Sequence record: MT161459.1
DNA: 64,000 nt
Strand: one strand, 5' to 3'
Part shown: positions 17,094-29,101 of the stretch, piece by piece
How the letters are laid out: the number at the start of each line of letters is the position of its first letter
Position numbering within the stretch: position 1 is the first letter of the stretch
Notes under the pieces: model-generated
What the model was told of the DNA's origin: nothing
Seen by the model: only the letters and a program-made list of their open reading frames with translations
Database searches by the model: none
Translations under genes and position numbers: made by a program

Positions 17094-18647
17094 TTAGAAA
17101 TCCTCTGGTTCTTCTTCTTTGTCTTTGAGGACAGGGTCCTCCAATTCTTTCTCGATGCGTTCGCGCTCCTGCTCAATCTCTTCATCGGACATCTTCAAGA
17201 CGTTCTTCATGATGTAGTCGTGGGATAGATACTTGCCAGTAATGTCAGCAAGTGCTTGGACTAACCCAACGCGTCGTTCCATGATTTCAACGTCTTTGAT
17301 CTCTTCGAAGTATGAGTCCTTGGAGAACACTACGCGAATATTTTCTCGTTCATCTTCCCACTCCTGTTCGGACATCTTGCCTTTCAATAGCAGGTTGGTC
17401 TTGAGCGGATCGGTGAAAATGACTTCAAATTGTTGCTGCAGACCGCGGATCAATTTGGTGAACTGGAGCTCATCGCGCGTGATATCGCTACCGCCGCCAA
17501 ACTGAACGCCACCACCTTCTTGAGGTAGGCGGGAGAGAGGAATTTTCATGCTCTCGTACAGCTTGCGGTTGAACCAACGCACGTCATCCATTTCACCCAT
17601 AGATTGGGCACCAGGAAGTGTCGAAACTTCGGTAGTTGCTTTACCATCTCGGCGCATCAGCCAGTAATCTTCTGTCATAGACAGGTTGTTCGAGCTGTTC
17701 TTGACTTTGCCAGTAGCACTATCGTAAACTACGCGGTTCTTCATCCCCTGCATGACATTATTTAGATGCATGGTTGCTTTCTTGTTTGGCATGTTGCCAA
17801 CATCGATGTAGAACACGCGACGTTCTGGAGCTCTGGTGATACGATAGATGACCATCGCATCTTCCAGCATCTTCAACTGGTTTGCAGGTTTGATGACGTT
17901 GTGCAGGTATCCAATAATGCTTTTGCCGTCAATGTCACATTTCCCGCTATGAGAATATACCATCGCCATCGCTGGAATGATTACGCGCGTGTTGGTATTG
18001 ATGATATTGTAGCGAGCATCGTCGTTGCCAGTATATGTGAAAAATTCACGATATCCCTTGTATACATCGTTGCCATTTTCGTTTTCTTTGTAGATCTCAC
18101 GAACGTATTCAACAGATCGCGGATCCAGAAGTCGAAGCTCCTTGATTCCCTCTTTTGGTTTCTTAGGGTCGATCATCTTGTGGAAATACAGACGACTGTC
18201 GATATACCATCTACGGAAATGACGCTTGCCTTCACGCTCAAAATTCAGCAGCTTGAGGATCTCACGAAACTCATCACGGACAGTGTTCTTGACAGACTCA
18301 GACCATTTGGTTTTGTCGAGATCCAAGTACACCGTATCTTTGTTGTCTTCTTGAACGATCGCATCGTTGATAATCTCGTCAATTGCGTTGTCTACCTCGT
18401 GGTATTTGGATAGCGATCTATACTGGTTGACGAGATCTTTCGTGTTCTGAATTCTAGGAGCGCTGCCATAGAATGCTTGATTGAAACTCTTACGAGGAGC
18501 TGACGTATCAACGTGTTCAAGCTCTGTAGCTCCGTCCGCGTTGTCGGGCATCGCAAAGCTGTCAATTCGATTGTCAAGATCCTTATCGAGATCTTTGCCT
18601 GAGGCTGTAAACCACGGCATCAAAAAACTTAGAATTGGGTTGCTCAT
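17094..18647 (-). CDS. gp20: Portal protein gp20
   Basis: FRRWYIDSR, LEDAMVIYRITRAPERRVFYIDVGNMP, EDYWLMRRDG, ITRDELQF. Confidence 0.98.
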   Translation of the reverse strand: MSNPILSFLMPWFTASGKDLDKDLDNRIDSFAMPDNADGATELEHVDTSAPRKSFNQAFYGSAPRIQNTKDLVNQYRSLSKYHEVDNAIDEIINDAIVQEDNKDTVYLDLDKTKWSESVKNTVRDEFREILKLLNFEREGKRHFRRWYIDSRLYFHKMIDPKKPKEGIKELRLLDPRSVEYVREIYKENENGNDVYKGYREFFTYTGNDDARYNIINTNTRVIIPAMAMVYSHSGKCDIDGKSIIGYLHNVIKPANQLKMLEDAMVIYRITRAPERRVFYIDVGNMPNKKATMHLNNVMQGMKNRVVYDSATGKVKNSSNNLSMTEDYWLMRRDGKATTEVSTLPGAQSMGEMDDVRWFNRKLYESMKIPLSRLPQEGGGVQFGGGSDITRDELQFTKLIRGLQQQFEVIFTDPLKTNLLLKGKMSEQEWEDERENIRVVFSKDSYFEEIKDVEIMERRVGLVQALADITGKYLSHDYIMKNVLKMSDEEIEQERERIEKELEDPVLKDKEEEPEDF

Positions 18648-18665
18648 TAATATCTCCTTTGCATG

Positions 18666-18684
18666 TATTTATACTTCTATTTAG
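18666..18684 (-). promoter_or_regulatory. Tandem late promoters (CTAAATA and TATAAATA) for gp20
   Basis: TATTTAG at 18678-18684 and TATTTATA at 18666-18673 on the plus strand. Confidence 0.7.
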
Positions 18685-18723
18685 AGGGGACATTAATGAG
18701 GGGAGCGATTGCTCCCACCCATA

Positions 18724-19212
18724 TTACTGCCACCAGTCCATGGACAGAGTTACTTCGAATGTTTCCACTTCGGAGTTCTGATCCCAGCTCAGTTGCAACT
18801 CTGCGATGTTGGTCGGCCAGATACCGTAGAGAGTGTAGCTGCGCGTTACGTTGGTCTTGCGATCCAACTGACGTACAGTTGCTTCTTTTTTGTAGCTGGA
18901 TGGACTTTCGCCGGAGATGTTGCGGTCCATAGCTTGAGCAAGGTTCTGCCAAGCGATGAATTGCTGACGGACATTGTGTTCCGTGTCGTTATACACGGTA
19001 ATGGTCCAATCTTCGTAAGTTCGATCGCCAGCCAGTTTCAGTTTTTTGTTCTGATAGCTGACTGGGATTGGTTCAACCACACCAGATGGCATGGATGCAC
19101 CCTTACACTTGAATTTGAAGTCTTTGCCCAGGAATGGGATCTCTACTTCAAACAAGTTGGGGCGAGCTAAGTCGCCCCCTACATATGCTTTAGTGATGTC
19201 TGTCAGTTCCAT
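18724..19212 (-). CDS. gp19: Tail tube protein gp19
   Basis: GDLARPNLFEV, KLAGDRTYEDWTITVYND, ETFEVTLSMDWW. Confidence 0.97.
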   Translation of the reverse strand: MELTDITKAYVGGDLARPNLFEVEIPFLGKDFKFKCKGASMPSGVVEPIPVSYQNKKLKLAGDRTYEDWTITVYNDTEHNVRQQFIAWQNLAQAMDRNISGESPSSYKKEATVRQLDRKTNVTRSYTLYGIWPTNIAELQLSWDQNSEVETFEVTLSMDWWQ

Positions 19213-19221
19213 AAGTCCCCC

Positions 19222-21261
19222 TTATTGTTGGAAGCTGCCTACAAGCTCATCGAAATCTGCACCAGTTGAAGTGGCTACAAAATTCAAAGAAATGAAATTT
19301 ATCGAGCGAGCAGGTTTGATCAAGATCGTGGCTACGAACTCGTTGCGGTCAATGACAGTTGGGCTGTTATTGCTTTCGTCACAGATTACGCGGAAGTCGT
19401 AGATGCCACCCAGCGACCGAATAGTATCCAGATAGGAGCTTACTTCGCTGCGGAAACTGGAGCGAGTGAACGCATCGTTCAGTTCGAACAGCTTGTACTT
19501 GGCACTTTCACTGATGGATTTCTTCAACAGGTTAAACAGTCTGCGGACGTTGATACGGTCAAACGGAGTCGGAGCCTGTGAAGCTGTCTTATCGCCATAC
19601 AGAACGTAACCTTGTCCAGCAAAACCAACAACTGGGTTGATTCCATTCTGGTACATTTCATCACGATGCGGCTGACGAGTTTCGATTGCCAGTTTGATGA
19701 CGTTTGCGATCTGACCGCGGTTGAATCCAGCTGGAGACATCCAAGGTTGACCAACGGTGTCTGTACGAGCACACAGTCCAGCAATGTCAGCAGCCAGTGG
19801 GATCCAACGGTTGATGTCATTGTACTTGTCGTACTGGTATTTATAGTTGCCGTCAATCGTGGCGTACGTAGTTCCAACGTTCATGTTGTCATCGATAGCA
19901 GCACCGGAAGTCGTGATACCGCGACGCCAGTCAACAATCTTGCGAACTGCAGTGGCTACCGGTTGATTGATCACAAACTCACGCGGAGGAGAGACGGACA
20001 CCAGACAGTCGCGACGTTCGTCAGCAATTGCAATGACTGCTTTCTGTACAGTAGATGCCAATTTAGCGCCTTCGCCTGCACATGCCCCTGCAATCAGCAG
20101 GTTGATGTCGGTATGCTCACGGTCTGCGAACATGTCCCAACCTTTGATCCAGTCACCAGCACTCACAGTTGAACTTCCAGCATTACCACCACCAAATGAC
20201 AGAACGCCGGTGTACGTTGCAGGCCAAGATTCAGCAGTTGCTTGAATATACGAGCTGTAACCGTTGCCAAAGTACTCATCTACGTGGATACTAGTCCCGT
20301 AAACATCACGATCGCCAACTTTGGTGGATAGGATCTTGGATTCTACTGCCACTCCGTTGTTGAATACAATGAACGCGAACTGGTTCGGGTTTTGCGGGCC
20401 GTACTCGAGGAAGCTGCTCGGAGTGATGTTACCATATTGAAGACCGCTTGGGTAAACCACTGGATCGATAGTCTTCACGCTAGTTACGCGACCATTGGCA
20501 TCGAAGTTGTAATAGTCTTTATACGCGATGATCGCTACCTTGAGGTTATCTCCGTAGTTACCTGCGTAACGAGCAGCCATGACTGGGATGCGTTGTTCTT
20601 CGCACACGTCGATGAACGTTGCTTTCAAGTCATCGCGCATGGACAGAGCGGACTTCGCAAACTCGTCGTTCGGGAAGTAGATGTTACTGTCCAGTTGGAT
20701 GGAGTCAATAGTTGCAGTTGCACTTTGACCGCTTCCTGGGCCACCGCTGACGAATTGCATTTGCCACGCGACATCCAGATTCGGATAGTCATTCAGGGTC
20801 TTAGCTTTTGCGATGATCGCTGCAGTTGGGATAACCACTGCAACAACGCCACCAGAAGCGGAGACTTTGGTAACTGCGCCAGTTGCGACGATAGCACCAG
20901 CTTGCAGTACGTTGACTACAGATCCTGGTTTGTAACCAACACCAGCAGAGGTAATGGTGTATTTCAGAGTTTCGTACTGCGGAGAAGAATTTCGTGCGGT
21001 CAGTTCATTCAGAACGCGAACTACACGAAGATCGTTTCCGTATTGTAGGAAGTTGATACCGCTGAAGAAACTATCTGCGGTCTGGTCATCTGGACGACCA
21101 AACTTATCAACCATATCGACTTCGGAGACCGTTTGCGTAATCTGGAATGCAGCACCCCAGTTATACTTACCAACCAGAGCAGCACGTCCAGTGGACGATC
21201 TTGCGATGGTGGTCTGCAGGTTGATCTCTTTGGTCTCAATTCCTGGAGAGAGTAATGTCAT
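19222..21261 (-). CDS. gp18: Tail sheath protein gp18
   Basis: MTLLSPGIETKE, YKYQYDKYND, WMSPAGFNRG, FDRINVRRLF, IKPARSINFI. Confidence 0.98.
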   Translation of the reverse strand: MTLLSPGIETKEINLQTTIARSSTGRAALVGKYNWGAAFQITQTVSEVDMVDKFGRPDDQTADSFFSGINFLQYGNDLRVVRVLNELTARNSSPQYETLKYTITSAGVGYKPGSVVNVLQAGAIVATGAVTKVSASGGVVAVVIPTAAIIAKAKTLNDYPNLDVAWQMQFVSGGPGSGQSATATIDSIQLDSNIYFPNDEFAKSALSMRDDLKATFIDVCEEQRIPVMAARYAGNYGDNLKVAIIAYKDYYNFDANGRVTSVKTIDPVVYPSGLQYGNITPSSFLEYGPQNPNQFAFIVFNNGVAVESKILSTKVGDRDVYGTSIHVDEYFGNGYSSYIQATAESWPATYTGVLSFGGGNAGSSTVSAGDWIKGWDMFADREHTDINLLIAGACAGEGAKLASTVQKAVIAIADERRDCLVSVSPPREFVINQPVATAVRKIVDWRRGITTSGAAIDDNMNVGTTYATIDGNYKYQYDKYNDINRWIPLAADIAGLCARTDTVGQPWMSPAGFNRGQIANVIKLAIETRQPHRDEMYQNGINPVVGFAGQGYVLYGDKTASQAPTPFDRINVRRLFNLLKKSISESAKYKLFELNDAFTRSSFRSEVSSYLDTIRSLGGIYDFRVICDESNNSPTVIDRNEFVATILIKPARSINFISLNFVATSTGADFDELVGSFQQ

Positions 21262-21275
21262 TGTGTTGTCCTTTA

Positions 21276-23676
<2,401 letters not shown>

Positions 23677-23685
23677 TTTATCTCC

Positions 23686-24507
23686 TTATGGTATATTGAC
23701 ACGTGGGTGTGGCGGTTCAGGTTCTACAGGGATTGGGATATTCTCGGATTCAGTCTGCTTGACTTTTCCATCCCAGTTTTCTTTCTGCGCTGTTCTCGGA
23801 TCTACTTCCATATCAACAGATTCGAAGCTGCCTTCACTATTGAGCTCCACGCGGTTAGAGTTGAAATCCAAATATATGGTCTTGATTTCACCCTTCAGAT
23901 CGACAATTGGAGGATATAACCATCCGTCCATTTCGAATATCAGATCCCACTGGAGTCTGCGACGACTCATTTTATCGCCTTCCACTTCCTCGCTCATACT
24001 CAGCGACTGGTGCGTAATTTGGATGTCTCTGTCCACCGGACTAAGGCTATCGTGCAACTCCGTAATTCTGGTTGTAAAATTGGGCTGGAAGTATGGGAGG
24101 ATCTGCTCCACTATTTGAAGCATATCGTCTTCGAATCTGGTGTATATCGACAGCTCGAACATTAGCTTGTACGGAACTGGATTTGATCTACTGACTGTAT
24201 TCTTGGCGCCTAGCGTAGTACTCCGAACGTTCACCCCAGTTTTGAATGTGGGATTATAGATCATGTCTACCATGGACAGGTTCATGCGCGGAAGAATAGT
24301 TTCCACCTTAGCGATTCCAGATTGGTCCATATTGCTAAGCATGCTGTTCAGTTTGACAGCAAATCGCTCTTTGCTGGAGTATGTAATCGGAACCTTGATA
24401 TAGCTGACGACCCCATCTCGTTCTCTCGCTACTTGGACGCCATTAAACAGCTGTCCCATTAGCACTATGTATCTGCGGATACTGCTGTTGTAAAAATAGC
24501 CAAACAT
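23686..24507 (-). CDS. gp15: Tail sheath stabiliser / tail terminator gp15
   Basis: MFGYFYNSSIRRY, VPITY, ILPRM, QIVEQILPYFQP. Confidence 0.96.
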   Translation of the reverse strand: MFGYFYNSSIRRYIVLMGQLFNGVQVARERDGVVSYIKVPITYSSKERFAVKLNSMLSNMDQSGIAKVETILPRMNLSMVDMIYNPTFKTGVNVRSTTLGAKNTVSRSNPVPYKLMFELSIYTRFEDDMLQIVEQILPYFQPNFTTRITELHDSLSPVDRDIQITHQSLSMSEEVEGDKMSRRRLQWDLIFEMDGWLYPPIVDLKGEIKTIYLDFNSNRVELNSEGSFESVDMEVDPRTAQKENWDGKVKQTESENIPIPVEPEPPHPRVNIP

Positions 24508-24525
24508 TGTGGTCTCCTTTTAATT

Positions 24526-24532
24526 TATTTAG
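24526..24532 (-). promoter_or_regulatory. Late promoter CTAAATA for gp15
   Basis: Directly downstream, in the transcription sense, of repeat copy 1. Confidence 0.75.
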
Positions 24533-24534
24533 CG

Positions 24535-24711
24535 GTGGAGCGTAGCGACACTCCCCGAAGGGGGAGAAATAGAATCTCCTTATACCCTTTAAAGAGACTC
24601 TATAAGTCCCCCCTCTACCGACCTACGGTCGGAGATGTCGCTACGCTCCATCCATTTAAACCTTCTATAACCGTCTATACGGAATCCCATCACTAACCTG
24701 ATAGATCGTAC
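24535..24711 (-). repeat. ~180-bp dispersed palindromic element, copy 1
   Basis: Reverse complement closely matches 52874-53061. The core is bounded by a 15-bp inverted repeat TGGAGCGTAGCGACA (24536-24550) / TGTCGCTACGCTCCA (24636-24650). Confidence 0.9.
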
Positions 24712-24720
24712 TGATGCTAA

Positions 24721-25509
24721 CTAGAACGCTTCTAGATCATCGAAAGAATCGGGTATAGACAGCTTGTGGGGTTCTACTGGGAATACTACTGGATTGACTC
24801 CGCCTCCGATGAGGTTATCGAACTCTTCCACGAAGGTATCAGCTTCCGCAGCAATTGCGTTATCCTCGGAATATTCTTCGATATTGGTATCGGCACGACC
24901 GTCCAACATACGGATTGGGTCCAACTGAGAGTCGAACAGCAGATCTGTAGCGTCGAACTCCGGCTTGAGTTCCTCTCCAGAATAAACAAACTTCTGAGCG
25001 GTGATTTTGTACTGACTAACTTGACCAGCTTGTAGGAATGGAGCATTCGGTTCCACCCAGATCACCTCAAAGAGACCCTTGCTCATCGGGAAGAATATCA
25101 AGTCCCCTTCTTTAACTACTTCGCCATCGGCCTGTATACTGAATAACTCTGGACTGACTACAAGAGTCATCTCATCATTCACCTGCATACCGAACTTGCT
25201 AAAGAACTCTTGCTGACCGCTAAACCCATCGAAGCTCTCGATATACATAGCAACTCGATACGCTTTCTTGAATTTGGATTGAAGGTCCTCTCCAAACAGT
25301 TTATCGAAGTTGACAAACTCTCTCCGGATATAGAACATTTCAATCCCCTTCATTTGAACCGCTTCCGATACAAGCGATCGAGCGAGAGCTTGGGTATTTG
25401 CGTTGTTGAAGTTATTCACGAACGGATTTGTAATGTGATTGTCGTGGGTATCGTTATAGCCAGACTGATTTTCCAGTCTGGCAAATAGATGCGAACTTTT
25501 CTTGTACAT
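24721..25509 (-). CDS. gp14: Neck protein gp14
   Basis: FGEDLQSKF, FFSKFGMQVNDE, EGDLIFFPM..LFEVIWVEP..PFLQ.G. Confidence 0.95.
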   Translation of the reverse strand: MYKKSSHLFARLENQSGYNDTHDNHITNPFVNNFNNANTQALARSLVSEAVQMKGIEMFYIRREFVNFDKLFGEDLQSKFKKAYRVAMYIESFDGFSGQQEFFSKFGMQVNDEMTLVVSPELFSIQADGEVVKEGDLIFFPMSKGLFEVIWVEPNAPFLQAGQVSQYKITAQKFVYSGEELKPEFDATDLLFDSQLDPIRMLDGRADTNIEEYSEDNAIAAEADTFVEEFDNLIGGGVNPVVFPVEPHKLSIPDSFDDLEAF

Positions 25510-25512
25510 GTC

Positions 25513-26433
25513 TTACCCCATGATAATCGGTAGGGGCTCTTCTAGAAGCAGAAGTTCCTGACGCAACGTTTCTTTCTCCATCCTCGCTTCCTCGATCAGA
25601 CGCTGACCGTCGATGGTAACACCACCAGGGAGAGCCATGCCTTGGTGTTTGGCCAATATCTGACCCCACACCTCTTTGACGAGCGTAGTGGAGTAGTCTT
25701 TGACCCAACGAACGTTGAGCACGCCTTGATCGGGGAATTCAGATCGCTTTTGACCTGCGAGATTTTTGGGCAGTCGCTTGAACGGATCTACCCACATATC
25801 AGCGATACTAGCTGGGTCTTTTGATGATCCAGCGCGACCATTTGATCCAGCGATGCCTTGGACAGATCTTTCGATTTCCACAAAGTTCTGGACATACACT
25901 TCCATGATAATGAGATCATCCTCGCGGAAATTGCCAGTCAGTTGCAGGATGCCGTTGATGGGATCCAACCAGTAATCAGGAAGTGGATCTAGTTGATCCA
26001 TCATGAGATTCTGGTAGCTATTGAATTGAGCAAAGAACCCGATGTTGCCTAGAGCTCCAAATGGACCATGGTAGCTGATCCCTTGTGGGCCGCCACCGAG
26101 CACCGTCATGAAGTCTGTCATGAAGTTCAATGTAGCGCCTCCCCCAAGTCCGCCCCAGAGTAAACTCTTCTGGCGAATGATTTTGGAGATGGCAAAAATT
26201 GGATAATGGCTTAGATCGATGTAACCAGACTCCGCTTGAGTCTTGTCCATCTTGACGGTGATGTAAGCCTTGTTGAGAGCATCATGATGATACTCTTTGT
26301 ATAGCTCGAGAGCTCGCCCGATGCTATCATAAATCTGATCCTCGGTGATCTCGATCTGGATCACAGGTGCACCAAGACGGCGCAAAATTAGATCCTTGAG
26401 ATCCCTTGGGTTCTTGACGTAATTGAGCGCCAT
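25513..26433 (-). CDS. gp13: Neck protein gp13
   Basis: NPRDLKDLILRRLGAPVIQIEITEDQIYDSI.RAL, WGQILAKHQGMALPGGVTIDG. Confidence 0.96.
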   Translation of the reverse strand: MALNYVKNPRDLKDLILRRLGAPVIQIEITEDQIYDSIGRALELYKEYHHDALNKAYITVKMDKTQAESGYIDLSHYPIFAISKIIRQKSLLWGGLGGGATLNFMTDFMTVLGGGPQGISYHGPFGALGNIGFFAQFNSYQNLMMDQLDPLPDYWLDPINGILQLTGNFREDDLIIMEVYVQNFVEIERSVQGIAGSNGRAGSSKDPASIADMWVDPFKRLPKNLAGQKRSEFPDQGVLNVRWVKDYSTTLVKEVWGQILAKHQGMALPGGVTIDGQRLIEEARMEKETLRQELLLLEEPLPIIMG

Positions 26434-26442
26434 GGTGTTTCC

Positions 26443-26631
26443 TTATTTGTGAACGATAGGTTGAGCTACTTCATCGCGAGCATTCTGGACGCGACTTTCG
26501 ATAGCGGTAGTGTCATCGGAACAAATGTTGTTGTCTTTGCGTCCTTCGAGGATGCGAACCAACTCTTTCAGGATACACAGAAGAACTTCTGTGCCAACCT
26601 TGCGGAGAATGGCTAATAGGATTAATTGCAT
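26443..26631 (-). CDS. Small hypothetical protein
   Basis: 62 aa, SD AAGGA, in the minus-strand operon. Confidence 0.6.
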   Translation of the reverse strand: MQLILLAILRKVGTEVLLCILKELVRILEGRKDNNICSDDTTAIESRVQNARDEVAQPIVHK

Positions 26632-26640
26632 AACTTTTCC

Positions 26641-26814
26641 TTATTTGGAATGGCGCACCGTGCCCCAATGGCCGCTGCGCACTTTAATTGAAACGTCCGT
26701 CGACTCGATGAGCTTGTATGCTCCATCGACCTTGATATACGCTTGTGCAACCTTATATTTACCGTTGCACTTAATCAATGGAACTCCCACCCGATCTATA
26801 TGTTCAGCTGTCAT
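26641..26814 (-). CDS. Small hypothetical fibre-associated protein (57 aa, not in the ORF track)
   Basis: Manual translation MTAEHIDRVGVPLIKCNGKYKVAQAYIKVDGAYKLIESTDVSIKVRSGHWGTVRHSK. SD GGAG. Confidence 0.65.
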   Translation of the reverse strand: MTAEHIDRVGVPLIKCNGKYKVAQAYIKVDGAYKLIESTDVSIKVRSGHWGTVRHSK

Positions 26815-26855
26815 AAGCTCTCCAGTTAGGAGTGGTGGACGAATCCACCACTCCC

Positions 26856-27479
26856 TTAGTATTTCAAGTAAAGGTGACCGTCTGGATAACCATCGTCGTC
26901 CTGCGGTTCTTCCGTGCCGTACGTGTACATATGGTGCATATGCAACACGATATAATCCTTGATATTACCGTCATCCACCAAACAGTGGTCAGCCCATTCG
27001 TCACTGCCAGGAGTAATTTCTCTCCGGACGGACGCTGACTGGTTCGGCCCACGAATAAGAACAATGGACGATGTCGGATTCCCTACAGTCACCTTGTTAT
27101 CGGTGCCTATTCCAATTAAGGATTTCTGCTCGCGATCTTTCGTCCAACCGTCAAACGTTTGGCCGTAATCTACACTCACATCACTCAACACTACGCCAGA
27201 CAACACCATATCGGTTACCGGCTTAGAGTTTCCATTATTCTTTGGACCAACATAATAATGGAGTCCGTCTTTACTCATCTCGATCAAGTTTTTTCTGCCA
27301 CTATCGGTAGCAGCCTTGATTGAATACTCGTACGGAACAACGAACTCCTTATTGGTAGAATCAGAGAAGAGCAACACAGCTCTCTTGCTCTCATCTCCCT
27401 GCACTACTTGACCGCACTCCGATCCATCTCCATTGTTATGGATGATTTCTGGTAGGTCGGTAATCTTCACGATTGACAT
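26856..27479 (-). CDS. Hypothetical fibre-associated protein
   Basis: Ends YTYGTEEPQDDDGYPDGHLYLKY, resembling the Wac C-terminus in this window. Confidence 0.7.
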   Translation of the reverse strand: MSIVKITDLPEIIHNNGDGSECGQVVQGDESKRAVLLFSDSTNKEFVVPYEYSIKAATDSGRKNLIEMSKDGLHYYVGPKNNGNSKPVTDMVLSGVVLSDVSVDYGQTFDGWTKDREQKSLIGIGTDNKVTVGNPTSSIVLIRGPNQSASVRREITPGSDEWADHCLVDDGNIKDYIVLHMHHMYTYGTEEPQDDDGYPDGHLYLKY

Positions 27480-27493
27480 ATTCTAAGTCCTTC

Positions 27494-29092
27494 TTACGGG
27501 GTAATGACATTTCCTTCTTCTGTACCCATTAGTCGCCCGGATTGTGTAGCCATTAGGTTCTTCTTGGAACTGACTATTCTAGTTGTGTTTGTTTGCACTG
27601 TTCCAAATCGATTAGAGTACTCTGCGTAGTACTGGAGTCCGTAGTCGTAGGATGCACCTATTACCACAGTCAATACAGGCTTTGTAGCCCCTTCAATTGG
27701 TCCATACTGCGTTCTCCACTGAACCTTATCCCATCCAGCTGCAGTTGTTGGGATATTCAGAGTTGCTCCTGACGTACCTACGTATGACGGATCTGGCTGC
27801 TTGGTGATCTGTGGAAGTAACTTTCCGATCCATCGGAAATCTTTATCCTCGACTCCGGCCATGGTCACGAACCAAGGTTCGAAACTCCCAAGCACAGATT
27901 CTCTGGAAATATTGCCCGACCCCTCTTCGAGGTTGAACAGATAGTTGGTCTGGTTGAAATACAGCGCAAACTGTTCTACAGTCAGACCCTTCGTCTTGTA
28001 GAACTTCGATCCGAATATAGAATCGAAAGATCCTATGATTGGCTGCGCTGGCTTGATCTGGCTTACCAACTTACCATTCACGTGAAGTCGAATATTGCCT
28101 ACATATCCACCGGCTACGTCGAACCATAGACCGAACCCCAGAACCACATTCGGTGGCAGAGTTCCAACTACATCAGATTCAGCTACGATAACACCATCTG
28201 ACATGACAAACATAGTGTGACTCGATTTGCGATAGCCGATACCAGTTGACCTAAAGTCATCGGATCTCGATAGCATCATGATTGAGTCGCTAGCTGTATC
28301 CGACATGACGATACTAGACTCAACGTGATGCGTACCTTGATCCAGATTCAATGTGTGGTCGAATTGCATCCAAGAATTATCCAGAATCACCGCATTGTAC
28401 GTCACGGTACGCGGAGTCGCTTGGTAGCTTAACAATGCGCTAGATTTCGTCACCTGCGGAGCTTGAATCTGGATATCGCCACTGTCGTTGTAATCCACAC
28501 CAACCCCAATATTGAACTGAATTAGACAATCCTTGAGCGCTTTGAACACGCATTGGACTCGCGTATTAGCTACCAGTTCCGGTACTGTGGGGAATGGTGT
28601 AATGATCTGCAAATATTCAGATTGACGATCTGCTGGGACTCCATCCGCGTAGATATCCAAAGACTTGCGTCCAACTTGCAGATTGATTCGCTTGATCATA
28701 GCGCTAGCGTTGTACGTCTCGCCTTGTCTCACATAGATGCGAGCTTGGAAGAACATCCGACTCTGAGCAGCCTTGAACGTATATGATCTGCTGTATTCTA
28801 GATCGCTATTCGCATACGTAGCGTACGCATTGCCACCAGCTGATGGAGCGTTAGAGAATGCACTCCACCCAGGAGGTGGAGTCCCAATTACAGTACCGTC
28901 GATGTATGTGAAGTAGTCAGATCCATTAAGCATCCGACTATTCGTTACAAGGTTTTCGTCAACTGGATCGTAAGTACGTCTCCACGTTCCGCCGGAGAAA
29001 ACCCAAGCTACTGCATCTCTCCAGTAGCCACCATAAACTTTTGGCGCTGCCTCGTGCAGCGCCAGTTTGTCGTCGTAAATTTTGATAGGCAT
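27494..29092 (-). CDS. Putative virion adhesin / whisker-associated protein (carbohydrate-binding-like, LamG-like and Ig-like segments)
   Basis: Beta-rich. Contains GNIRLHVNGKLV (LamG-like) and C-terminal PQITKQP...QW...IEGAT...Y.AEYSN.FG.V (Ig-like). Follows wac. Confidence 0.6.
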   Translation of the reverse strand: MPIKIYDDKLALHEAAPKVYGGYWRDAVAWVFSGGTWRRTYDPVDENLVTNSRMLNGSDYFTYIDGTVIGTPPPGWSAFSNAPSAGGNAYATYANSDLEYSRSYTFKAAQSRMFFQARIYVRQGETYNASAMIKRINLQVGRKSLDIYADGVPADRQSEYLQIITPFPTVPELVANTRVQCVFKALKDCLIQFNIGVGVDYNDSGDIQIQAPQVTKSSALLSYQATPRTVTYNAVILDNSWMQFDHTLNLDQGTHHVESSIVMSDTASDSIMMLSRSDDFRSTGIGYRKSSHTMFVMSDGVIVAESDVVGTLPPNVVLGFGLWFDVAGGYVGNIRLHVNGKLVSQIKPAQPIIGSFDSIFGSKFYKTKGLTVEQFALYFNQTNYLFNLEEGSGNISRESVLGSFEPWFVTMAGVEDKDFRWIGKLLPQITKQPDPSYVGTSGATLNIPTTAAGWDKVQWRTQYGPIEGATKPVLTVVIGASYDYGLQYYAEYSNRFGTVQTNTTRIVSSKKNLMATQSGRLMGTEEGNVITP

Positions 29093-29101
29093 GCGTATTC
29101 C

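Noticed and set aside
24535-24711. Element considered as a CRISPR array or autonomous IS
   Set aside because: Only two dispersed copies, no repeat-spacer periodicity, no transposase and no target-site duplication. Kept as an unexplained repeat.
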